Assembly (NCBI GenBank): GCA_051313645.2
Contig: JBNRSN020000022.1
Location: 3,844,001-3,908,000, forward strand
Direction: 5' to 3'
DNA length: 64,000 bases
From: Centroscyllium fabricii
Taxonomy: Eukaryota
A program made the translations under genes and the position numbers. The first letter of the stretch is position 1; the number at the start of each line of letters is the position of its first letter. Positions 14,520 to 25,247 of this stretch are shown here, in pieces. Under the pieces are notes generated by a model. The model ran no database searches and was not told the DNA's origin. It worked only from the letters and a program-made list of their open reading frames with translations.

Positions 14520-15222
14520 CTGTTACAAAGAGCAGTGCTCCTGTGTGGCCTACAGACCGCGTGTTGTAGTAGCACCAGCCGGTGCTAGAGGGACGCGGTT
14601 GCCTAGGTGGGCGCGGGGCCCTAGGTTCAGGCGTAAAATTAGGCCTGGGGGGTGATTGGCTGCGCTCCACCGATGCAGAGTTAGGGTCGCACGTGGTTGA
14701 GCGGGTGCGCTGCGCCTCCATGAGCCTGTCGGCTTCCTCCGCGAGCTCGTCATCGCTCCGTTGGCCAAGGGCCGCCAAGGCCGGTCTGATGGAGCGGGGC
14801 AGTTTAAGGAGGAAGACGGTGCGGAACAGGGAGGCCGGATTGGGTGTAAGCGCTTGCATCTGACCTAAGAGGTCCGATGGGTCTGCGTCCCCGATTTCGG
14901 GGAGGTCGAGGAGCTGGCAGTCGCGCTCGAATTGGGAGGGGGTAAAAAAATTTATAAGCGCGGCCTTAAGGGATTCGTACCTGCCTGTAGTGGGCACATG
15001 CTGTATTTTTGACCACATCCGATCGATCGTCGATTGCGGTAGGGCTGAGAACACCAGGTCGTAGCGGTCGTCCCCCTGGATGCCATGTGTGCGGCAGCTG
15101 GTCTCGATGCACATAAACCAGGCCGCTGGCCGTTGCTCCCAGAACTCCGGTAGAGTTAGTCCACGTCCGAGGTTCTGGCCAAGTCCTTGCGTTCGTGGAG
15201 CTTGGTTCCTTGCTCTTGCCAT
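14506..15222 (-). CDS. Gypsy (CsRN1-like) Gag, truncated after WCYY, running through LLFVTD into the LINE junction
   Basis: The 238-aa ORF has the gag motifs LPEFW..P.AWF, Y..LK.AL and GD..PS.LL..M..L. The Zn knuckle breaks off after WCYY. Confidence 0.75.
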   Translation of the reverse strand: MARARNQAPRTQGLGQNLGRGLTLPEFWEQRPAAWFMCIETSCRTHGIQGDDRYDLVFSALPQSTIDRMWSKIQHVPTTGRYESLKAALINFFTPSQFERDCQLLDLPEIGDADPSDLLGQMQALTPNPASLFRTVFLLKLPRSIRPALAALGQRSDDELAEEADRLMEAQRTRSTTCDPNSASVERSQSPPRPNFTPEPRAPRPPRQPRPSSTGWCYYNTRSVGHTGALLFVTDTQN

Positions 15223-15558
15223 GTTTTCTGTTTAAAATGTTCTTTGGCTGGTGGTCCCAGATCCTGCGGCAGCTTTTCTTCTTTGGAAGTCGTTCCAATT
15301 CGGGGTCACCACTGTAGCGCCAGCAAGGCCTAGGAACCACACGTGAGCCAGAGCTAGAGAAAACACAACTTTAATACACTAGAGCTAAACAAGAAAGAGA
15401 GTGAACCACTCGCAACAAGCATATTTAAACAGTCCCGCGGTTGGTGACGTCATCGCGTCGGCCGACGTGGTGACGTCGTCACGTCACCCGGATGAGCGGG
15501 GCTCTGCTCTGCGGAGTTCCCGTGGCGGATTCGGTGTCCCAGTGGGCGTGCCGCCACA
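14521..15558 (-). mobile_element. 5' half of a CsRN1-like Ty3/Gypsy element: LTR 15313-15558, tRNA-Trp PBS, gag, start of protease
   Basis: The 246-bp LTR has termini TGTGGCG...CGCTACA (- strand) and is followed by TGGTGACCCCGA, the complement of the tRNA-Trp 3' end. A gag ORF follows. Confidence 0.85.
15300..15311 (-). promoter_or_regulatory. Primer-binding site for tRNA-Trp
   Basis: TGGTGACCCCGA one nucleotide downstream of the LTR terminal CA. Confidence 0.85.
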
Positions 15559-16310
15559 GCGGGCTTTTTTCAAAGCCAGTCGAGAGCGGGGCCGAGGAGT
15601 CGGACCTGCGGGGAACCCGAGGAGCGGCGGGAGCAGCATAAAAGGAGCCCGAGAAGGCAGAGAGGCCTTCAGACGAGAGCGGGGCACAGGCAGAGCAGCG
15701 GCAGAGGCCGCAGTTTCGCGGGCTTTTTTCAAAGCCAGGGGGCGGGGCCAATCCATTGGTACCTGTATATAGGTGGAGCAGTTGCTATACCCGAGACACT
15801 ACACTAGTAGTGTCTCCCACCCTTCCACCTCCTCTAACCTTTAGGGGTAGAGGGAATTTAAAAGGTAGGTGATTTATTGTTTATTTTCAGAGACTGAACT
15901 TAAGTGGAAGGGGCTCCTGGACAGAGGTAGCAGTCGGTGGCAGCAGCAGGACCAGGGCAGGAGTTTTTCGCGGGTCTTTCTTTTCAGGAGCAGGCAGCGG
16001 GACGGTACTAGGAGGAGACAACAGGAGGCGGCGGCTATAAAGGCAAGCAGGGTAAGTGATTTATTTATTTTTATTCTTTTTCTGAGGTCTCTGTGGTATA
16101 ACGGGGACTTCTGATAGACTAGCACCCTAGTATATATCTTGTTTCTTTGGTGGTGTTAAATTTTTTGTAAAAGTAATTAGAGGGGTACGTCATGTCAGTG
16201 GAGCTCGGTCCCGTGCTTTGCTCCTCCTGCCACATGTGGGAAGTCAGGGACACCACTGGAGTCCCTGACGACCATGTGTGCGGGAAATGCGTCCACCTTC
16301 AGTTACTGAC
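15559..16310 (+). mobile_element. CR1 LINE 5' UTR and ORF1 N-terminus, cut by an LTR insertion
   Basis: GC-rich UTR with repeated GCGGGCTTTTT(T)CAAAGCC. The ORF at 16192, MSVELGPVLCSSCHMWEV...HVCGKCVHLQLLTD, matches the CxxC..CxKC zinc finger of CR1 ORF1. Confidence 0.75.
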
Positions 16311-16543
16311 TGACGTATCGTCAATTTACTCAATAAAGTCAAAGACGAGTAGTGACCTTAACTACAGGCTTTTATTGACTTACTTTGGAGCTATACTCCG
16401 AACGAACAAACAGGAACAGAATGAGTGAGCCCGGTCAGTCCTCACCTATAAAGGGCCTCACCTGGGGGAGGAGTTAGAGGTGTGGCTGACCTGGCTCCAC
16501 GACAGTGTCGCAACATGTTCAACTATATACATGGCAATATTGG

Positions 16544-19500
16544 TGTGACCGAAATAACGACCTCGTGGACGAGTAGTTAGAAAGAGAAACAATGCGGCTT
16601 TTATTAACTAAATGGTGGGACATGCACCAGCTAGTCGACTGTCCCCAGGTATGGCCGGGGGATGGGGGACAGCCACTTATATACCCCCTCCTGGGAGGGA
16701 GGAGTCGCGGGCGGAGCCAGCCTGGGCATGTCCCGGTAATCGTATAACAGGTTATGTACAACATGGCATTAGGTACGATTACATAGATACAAACAGGGTG
16801 AGTATATACAATAAGAAACAGTGGGAAACAGTGGTTTATCACATTCACCCCTTCTTTAAAACAAAAGTCCGGTGGGGTCAATGCAACAGTTCTTTTATTT
16901 ATTTATTTAATCATAAATTAAGTCGCTCCGGCAGCCTGGTGATCCTAGTCGAGCATCGCACCGCTGGTGGTGTCCGCGGTCGCGGAGTGACCGGCCGAGT
17001 CGGTTGTAGCGATGGTGCTGATGCAGGTTGGCGAGCGGTGATCGTCGGTTGGTTTCTGGGTGGTGGTGCCCTTATACTGACAGTAGGAGGCGCGCTCTCT
17101 CCCTCGTCGTCTGACTCTAGAGGGCGTGCACTGTGGAGCCATGCTGGAGGCCATGCCGTGCTGCTCGCAGGTGCCGGGTGGACGTACTGGTATACTGGGT
17201 CCTCGTGCCAGGGAGCGTACCTTGGCGCCAGTGGCTGGGGTGGCGTGGCTGGCCGCGAAGGCCCGGGTGGGGTGGCAGGCCGTCTTGGGTGCACGGGCTG
17301 CTGGGCGGGGCGTCTTGGGTGCGCGGTCTGCTGTGCGGGGCTGGGTTTGGGGACTCCTGCTGGCGCCAGGTCCTTGATGGACACTGTGTCCTCCCTCCCG
17401 TCGGGGTACACCACGTAGGCGTACTGGGGATTGGCGTGCAAGAGGTGGACCCGTTCGACCAGGGGATCTGCCTTGTGGCCCCTCACATGCTTCCATAGTA
17501 GGACCGGTCCCGGGGATAGCAGCCACGATGGTAGCGAGGTCCCGGAAGCCGACTTCCTGGGGAAGGCAAAAAGTCGTTCGTGAGGGGTGGCATTAGTGGC
17601 AGTACACAGGAGGGACCGGATAGAGTGGAGCGCTTCGGGGAGGACGTCCTGCCATCGGGAGACTGGGAGGCTTTTAGACCGTAGGGCTAACAGGATGGCC
17701 TTCCAGACAGTGGCGTTCTCCCTCTCTACCTGCCCGTTCCCCCGGGGGTTGTAGCTGGTAGTTCTGCTAGTCGCGATGCCTTTGGCTAGCAGAAACTGAT
17801 GCAGCTCGTCACTTATAAAGGACGCTCCCCGGTCACTATGAATATAGTTGGGATAGCCGAACAGGGAGAAGATGCTGTGGAGGGCTTTGATAACAGTGGC
17901 TGAGGTCATGTCCGGGCAGGGGATGGCAAAGGTGAAGCGGGAGTACTCATCGATCACATTAAGGAAGTACACATTCCTGTTGGAGGAGGGAAGGGGCCCT
18001 TTGAAATCGACGCTGAGTCATTCAAAGGGGCGAGTGGCCTTAATCAAGTGCGCCTGGTCTGGCCGGTAGAAGTGCGGCTTGCACTCCACGCAGACCTGGC
18101 AGTTGCTGGTCAGAGTCTTGACCTCCTCGATGGAGTAGGGGAGGTTGCGGGACTTCATGAAGTGAACCAACCTAGTGACCCCCGGGTGGCAGAGGTCATT
18201 GTGAAGGGTTTGGAGGCAGTCTGTCTGTGCGCTGGCACATGGACCGTGGGATAGGGGTCTGGGGGTTCATTAAATTTCCCGGGCCGGAACAAGATATCGT
18301 AATTAAACGCGGGGAGTTCAATTCTCCACCTCAATATCTTGTCGTTCTTGATTTTACCCCGCTCTTTGTTGTTGAACATAAAAGCGACTGATCGTTGGTC
18401 AGTCAACAGGGTAAAACGCTTGCCGGCCAGGTAGTGCTTCCAGTGACGCACTGCTTCAACGATGGCCTGGGCCTCCTTCTCGACTGAGGAGTGGCGGGTC
18501 TCGGGGCCCTGGAGGGTATGTGAGAAGAAGGCCACGGGTCTGCCCGCCTGGTTAAGGGTGGCGGCCAGGGCAAAGTCCGATGCATCGCTCTCTACTTGGA
18601 ATGGGTCGGACTCGTCCACAGCGTGCATTGTGGCTTTTGCGATGTCATTCTTAATGCCGCAGAATGCCGAGCTGGCTTCTGCGGACAGGGGAAAAGAGGT
18701 AGATTTAAGCAGTGGGCGAGCTTTGTCCGCGTAATTGGGGACCCACTGGGCGTAATACGCAAAGAAACCCAAGCACCGTTTAAGGGCCTTGGGGGAGTGG
18801 GGGAGGGGAAGCTCCATGAGGGGGCGCATGCGGTCCGGGTCGGGACCGATGACCCCATTCTCCACAACACTGCCGAGGATGGCCAGGCGGGTGGTATTGA
18901 ACACACACTTTTCGGTGTTATAGATCAAATTAAGTGTTTTGGCGGTGTGGAGAAATTTCTGGAGGTTGGCGTCATGGTCCTGCTGATCGTGGCCGCAGAT
19001 GGTCACGTTATCGAGGTACGGGAAAGTGGCTCGCAGCCCGTACCGATCGACCATTCGGTCCATCTCCCTTTGGAAGACCGAGACCCCATTCGTGACGCCG
19101 AACGGGACCCTAAGGAAGTGATAGAGGCGACCGTCAGCCTCAAAGGCAGTATAGAGACGGTCCTCCGGGCGGATGGGAAGCTGGTGATAAGCGGACTTCA
19201 GATCTATGGTGGAGAACACCCTGAACTGTGCGATCTGGTTCACCATGTCCGCTATCCGGGGAAGGGGGTAAGCGTCTAACTGGGTGAACCGGTTTATGGT
19301 CTGACTGTAGTCAACGACCATCCGGTTCTTCGCTCCGGTTTTTACCACCACTACCTGCGCCCTCCAGGGGCTATTACTGGCCTCGATAACCCCCTCCTTC
19401 AGGAGGCGCTGCACCTCGGACTTAATAAAGTCCATGTCCCCAGCACTGTAGCGCCTACTCTTGGTGGCAACGGGCTTGCAGCCTGGGGTGAGGTTGGCAA

Positions 19501-21243
19501 AAAGCGAGGGAGGGGCGACCTTAAGGGTCAAGAGGCCACAGGTAGCGTGCCGGGGGTGCTGTGCTGAGCGGCGGTTGCTGACCGTGAGCGAGGGAAGGGG
19601 GCCACCGTACGCCATGGTAACACTCTGGAGGTGGCACTGAAAGTCCAGACCCAATAGTAATGGGGCGCAGAGCTGCGGCAGCACGAAAAAGCTAAAATTA
19701 TCAAAATGCACGCCCTGTACAGTTAGGGCCACTGCGCAACGCCCAGAGACGTCCGCAGATTCCGATTTAGAAGCCATCGAAATTCTTTGGCTCGCAGGCA
19801 TAACCTTAAGGGAGAGGCGCTCTACTGTCTCAGGATGAATAAAACTCACTGTGCTCCCATTGTCGAAGAGGCACCCCACGTCTTGTCCGTTCACTTCCAC
19901 CGGCATCATCGATTTCCCAAGCGATTGGGTCTTGTTCTGGTCAAGAGTTACTGATGCTAAAATTGGGTCAGCCGATTCCTCTTGATCCGCAGTGAAGTCC
20001 TCCGGGGCCGGTCCCCAAGATGGCTGCTGCCATGTGGTGTACAGCGGAGGGGGTGGCTGGGTCCAATATGGCGACTGCTGCCACGCGGGGTGCTGAGTGG
20101 GGGATGGTTGAGTCCAATATGGCTGCTCCCATGTTCCGCACGCGGCGCTGCCCGGTTTCGGTTTAGGGGCTGATGTGGTCGCCTTACAGACTTTCGCGTA
20201 ATGTCCTTTTTTACCACATTTTGAGCAGGCCGCTTCTCTTGCCGGGCAGCTACGTCTCTGATGCTGAGACTGCCCGCAGAAGTAACATTTAGCCGTCTTT
20301 GCGTGAGCGGCTGCTATCATTTCTTCCGCCGGCCATTGCGCCGGCATTGTCCAAGATGGCGGGGCTGGGCCCGCATAGTTGCCGGAATAAGATGAGCGGT
20401 TTAGCGAGGCCACGTCCAGCGCGTGTCCCAGATCCGTAGTTGCCTGCCGGTCAAGGCCGTTCTGCTCTAACAGCCTCTGTCTTATATAGTCCGACCTGAG
20501 GCCTGTGACATATGCATCTCTAATGAGACTGTCCGCATGGATCAGGGCCGTTAGCGCTCTGCAGTCACAGGCCCGTGAAAGCACTCTCAGCGCCCTTAAA
20601 AATTCCACGCTGGACTCACCGGGTTGCTGCTTCCTGGTGGCTAGGAGATGTCTGGCGTGGACGATATTGGGTGCCCGGTTGTACTCCGCCTTGAGGATCC
20701 TGATGGCATCCAGAAACGATGATGCCTCCGCGATCATGGAGTACACCTGAGGGGCCACCCAGGCGTTGAGGAGCCGTCGTTTGTCCTCTTCGGTCCTGAC
20801 GACCACAGCGTTCGCTCGCAGGTACGCATCGAAAACACTGCACTAGTGTGTAAAAGTGTTTGATGCGCCTGGTGTCCGGGGGTCCAGTTCAAACGTCGCT
20901 GGCTTGAGCATCGCTTCCATCTTCAAAATTTAGTTAATAAAATTGTGACCGAAATAACGACCTCGTGGACGAGTAGTTAGAAAGAGAAACAATGCGGCTT
21001 TTATTAACTAAATGGTGGGACATGCACCAGCTAGTCGACTGTCCCCAGGTATGGCCGGGGGATGGGGGACGGCCACTTATATACCCCCTCCTGGGAGGGA
21101 GGAGTCGCGGGCGGAGCCAGCCTGGGCATGTCCAGGTAATCGTATAACAGGTTATGTACAACATGGCATTAGGTACGATTACATAGATACAAACGGGGTG
21201 AGTATATACAATAAGAAACAGTGGGAAACAGTGGTTTATCACA
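16544..21243 (-). mobile_element. Gypsy element A, full length (4.7 kb), nested in the 3' LTR of element B
   Basis: 300-bp LTRs at 16544-16843 and 20944-21243 differ at 3 positions. TG...CA ends, TSD ATTGG (16539-16543 and 21244-21248), PPT at 16844-16857. Confidence 0.95.
16911..20920 (-). pseudogene. Element A single gag-pol ORF, disabled
   Basis: ATG at 20920, TAG at codon 26 (20843-20845), frameshift near 18250 and TGA at 18018-18020. Domains: CYFC..H..C/CSKC..GH..C, FDNGS protease, YLDN RT, ESDASD RNase H, and integrase SDRG...GNGQVER. Confidence 0.92.
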
Positions 21244-21313
21244 ATTGGCACCAATATTGTAGTGGTAAACTATGGACAATTATGGTTACCACATTCACCC
21301 CTTCTTGAAAAAT

Positions 21314-24300
21314 TTAAGTCCGGCAGGGTGAATGGACAGCGCAGTTCATTATCAGTTTGTCCGGCGGTCGCGTCTGTCTGGAGGACCGCCGGGGCTCTGG
21401 CAGAAGTTCCGTCTGGTCCGTCCCGCTCGGATTCGGTGGTGGTGACAGCGGCGCTGGTGCCGAAGCTTCAGATGCTGGTGGTATCGCTTGATCCGTGCCA
21501 TCTGAATGGTGGTCTTGCGCTGGCCACGGCTGGGGCTCTGCATACCTCGGTGGCCACTGTAGGTGCAGGGGGTGTTCGAAATATTGTGGCTGGGCGGGCT
21601 GCTGCCTGACCAGTGGCTCTGCTAGGTCCCTGATGGAGACGGTGTCCTCACGCCCGTCCGGGAACTGCACGTATGCGTACTGTGGGTTAGCGTGCAGGAG
21701 CTGCACCTTGTCCACCAGGGGGTCGGACTTGTGGCCGCGGACGTGTTTTCTAAGGAAGACCGGCCCCGGTGTCGTGAGCCATGGAGGAAGAGCTGTCCCC
21801 GAAGTCGACTTCCTGGGAAAGGAAAACACATTAAATCATGAGGGGTGGCGTTGGTGGCCGTACATAGCAGAGAGCGTATCGAGTGCAGCGCGTCGGGGAG
21901 GACTGCCTGCCAATGGGACACTGGAAGGCCTCTGGACTTCAGAGCCAGGGTGACCGCCTTCCAGATGATCCCATTCTCCCTTTCTACCTGGCCGTTCCCC
22001 CGGGGGTTGTAACTGGTCGTTCTGCTCGAGGCAACCCCTTTCTGGAGCAGAAACTGACGCAGTTCATCGCTCATGAACGATGACCCCCGGTCACTATGAA
22101 TGTAGCTGGGGAGACCGAAAATGGCGAACAGCGTGGTGAAGTGTTTTATCACCGTTGCGCTCGTCATATCTGGGCAGGGGAAGGCGAAGTGGAAGCGGGA
22201 GAACTCATCTACGACCGTGAGGAAGTATGAGTTGCGGTCGGTGGAGGGGAGGGGGCCTTTGAAGTCCACGCTCAGACGTTCAAAGGGGCGGGTGGCCTTA
22301 ATGAGGTGCGCCGTGTCTGGCCGGAAAAATTGGGGTTTGCACTCGGCGCAAACAGGGCACTCTCGGGTCATAGCCTTGATCTCCGTGATGGAGTAGGGGA
22401 GGCTACGGGATCTAACGAAGTGGGCGAGTCTGGTGACACCCGGGTGGCAGAGGCGATCGTGGAGATCCTTCAGCCTGTCTAGCTGAGCACTGGCGCACGT
22501 TCCCCTGGACAGTGCGTCCGGGGGATCATTGAGTTTGCCTGGTTGGTAAAGAATGTCGTACTCGTAAGTCGAGAGCTCGATCCGCCACCGCAGGATCTTA
22601 TCATTCTTGATTTTACCCTTTTGTTTATTATTAAACATAAACGCCACCGACCGCTGGTCGGTGAGTAGGGTAAAATGCTTACCGGCCAGGTAATGACGCC
22701 AGTAGCGCACGGCCTCCACGATGGCCCGGGCCTCCTTTCCCACTGCAGAGTGGCAAATTTCGGGTCCCTGTAAGGTGCGGGAGAAAAGCGCTATGGGCCT
22801 GCCTGCCTGATTCAGGGTGGCGGCAAGGGCAAAGTCCGAAGCGTCACTCTCCACCTGGAAAGGGATGGATTCATCAACGGCGTGCATGGTCGCCTTGATG
22901 ATGTCTTCCTTTATCCGGACGAATGCCGTTTGGGCTTCTACCGAGTGGGGGAAGGCGGCAGCCTTGAGGAGTGGTCTAGCCTTGTCCGCGAACTGTGGGA
23001 CCCATTGTGCGTAGTAGGAGAAAACTCCTAGGCATCTCCTCAAGGCTTTGGGGTTGTGAGGAAGGGGCAGTTCCTGTAAGGGGCGCATACGCTGTGGGCC
23101 GGGGCCGAGGACCCCGTTCTCCACCACGTATCTGAGGATGGCGAGCCGATCTGTATTAAAGACACATTTGTCCTTGTTATACGTAAGTTCTAGCCGTTCC
23201 GCCGTGTTGAGGAATTTGGCCAGATTGGCATCGTGGTCCTGCTGGTCATGGCCGCAGATAGTCACATTGCCCAGGTAAGGGAAGGTGGCCCGCAACCCGT
23301 TCTGGTCAACCATGCGGTCCATCTCCCGTTGGAACACTGACACTCCGTTGGTCACGCCGAAGGGGACCCGGAGGAAGTGGTAGAGCCAACCGTTCGCCTC
23401 GAAGGCGGTGTACGGGCAGTCGGCTTTCCGGATCGGGAGTTGGTGACACGCCGACTTAAGGTCGATCATGGAGAACACCTTATATTGGGCGATCTGGTTG
23501 ACCATGTCCGAGATGCGGGGGAGGGGGTAGGCGTCGAGCCCGGTGTAGCGATTAATAGTCTGGCTGTAATCGATAACCAGCCGCTGTTTCTCGCCAGTCT
23601 TCACCACTACAACCTGGGCCCGCCAGGGGCTGGTGCTGGCTTCAATTATCCCTTCCTTCAGCATACGCCCGACCCCCGACCTGATAAATGTCCGATCCCC
23701 CACACTATACCGCCGACTCTTGGTAGCAATAGGCTTGCAGTTGGGGTCGAGATTGGCGAACAGTGAAGGGGGGTCGATTTTCAGGGTGGAGAGGCCGCAG
23801 GCCGGGCTCCGCTTTGGGAAGGGATTGTCCCAGCTACTGACGGTGAGGGGGTGCAGGGTCCCGCCGAACTCCATTGTCACGCTCTTGAGGTGGCACTGGA
23901 AATCCAGTCCCAGTAAGGCTGGGGCGCACAACTGCTTGAGGGTGTTCAACTTAAAGTTACGGTACACACAACCCTTGACTGTGAGGGTGACGGAGCAGTA
24001 GCCGGTGACGTCCGCGGTGTGGGACTGTGAAGCAAGGGAGACTTGGTAGCGCGTGGGCAGGATCTGCAGTCCGTAGCACTGCGCTGTATCGGGGTGGATG
24101 AAGCTCTCTGTGCTTCCAGTGTCGAACAGGCAATTAGTAGTATGGCCGTTAATTTTGATCGGCATGATCGAGTTCGATAGGGTGTGCGGCCTAGCCTGGT
24201 CGACTTTTGGTATGGCTGAGGCCGAAATGTGTGTTTGTGTGTGGGGGCCCCCTGCTGGTTGGGGCTGTACACAAGATGGCGGCGCCCGTGGTTCGCACAT

Positions 24301-24994
24301 GGCGGGCCGCTGGGGACAAGATGGTGGTGCCGAGGGATCGCACATGGCGGGCCGTTGGAGACAAGATGGCGGCGCCCGTGGTTCGCACGCGGCTGACCGC
24401 TGTGAGCGCGCTGGTGGCGCCCGTGGTTCGCACGCAGCGGGCCGCGGTGGCTGGGTTGGCGGTGCCCGTGGTTCGCACGCAGCGAGCCGCGGTGGTTGGG
24501 TTGGCGGTGCCCGTGATTCGCACGCAGCGGGACGCGCTGGGTGTGCTGGCGGCATTGGGGGGTCGCGCTTGGCCGGCCGTGGCTGAGCTTGGCGTGCCGT
24601 GGATGCAGCCGGCCTTTGCCGCATCAGGGTGGGAGATGGGGGTGCTTTTCCTCTACCCCCGGACCGTCGCTGGATCGGGCTGCAATTGCAGCTTACCTGA
24701 GGCCTGGCGGAGCTTTCGCAGGCTGCGCTGTTGTACCTGGAGTTGGGCGCCAGGGCTGATCTGCAGGCCTTTGCATAGTGTCCCTTCTTGGAGCACCTTC
24801 CGCAGGTCGCGGTCTTCGCTGGGCATCTCGCCCGTGGATGTAGTCCCTGGCCGCAGAAGTAGCACCGTCTGTCCGCCTGCGTCTTTGCGGCTGTCGCTGC
24901 CATTGTGGGGGTCTCGTCCCGTTGTGGTGCTGCCCAGGCCTGGGCCCTTTGTGGCGCGGCCCACGCGTCGTAGACCTGCGGGTTTGTGCCGCTG
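21314..24994 (-). pseudogene. Element B gag-pol (double Zn knuckle, protease FDTGS, RT, RNase H, integrase)
   Basis: ORF 21622..24903 (1093 aa) plus frameshifted tail 21314..21829. The RT motif has decayed to YLGN. Confidence 0.9.
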
Positions 24995-25247
24995 GAAATT
25001 TGGATTCTCTTCTGCCTGAACTCTGTTTTGGATTTGTCGCTCCCGTGGACGGACTACCCGGTATTATACTGTTTCTGAATTTGGATTCTCTTCTGCCTGA
25101 ACTCTGTTTTGGACTTGTTGCCTCCGTGAACTTTCTGCCGTTATTGACCTACTGTTTCCTATGTCTTTTACTGCTCAGAAATAAAGGAGTTTACTTCTAC
25201 GTATGTTTTCGGTGTATTGCATTTGGGCCCAACCTACAACCGTTACA
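24995..25247 (+). mobile_element. 3' fragment of an LTR related to the 11474-12454 element
   Basis: AATAAA, then GCATTTGGGCCC...CCGTTACA, matching the reverse complement of 11474-11520. Contains an internal direct repeat of about 36 bp. Confidence 0.7.

Larger units (their letters stand above)
11001..14520 (-). mobile_element. 5'-truncated non-LTR retrotransposon (RTE-X-like LINE), interrupted by a solo LTR
   Basis: RT motifs NYRGI, FIDFQKAFD, QG..ISPTLFN and YADD, plus C-terminal LCSHC..ETELHFLTTC. AATAAA at 11022-11027 (-) is followed by a (TTGTGAA)2 tail. Near-identical to the copy at 63297-64000. Clade assignment is tentative. Confidence 0.9.
16311..24994 (-). mobile_element. Gypsy element B (outer): 3' LTR split into 16311-16543 and 21249-21293; 5' LTR and gag N-terminus missing
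   Basis: LTR termini TGACGTATCGTCAAT...GGTTACCACA as in element C, and PPT AAGAAGGGGTGAA adjacent at 21294-21306. Homology to element C ends near 24994. Confidence 0.9.

Noticed and set aside
16612-25019. Many + strand and alternate-frame ORFs over the Gypsy elements
   Set aside because: They are shadow ORFs of GC-rich gag-pol with no recognisable domains, and no env-like ORF is present.
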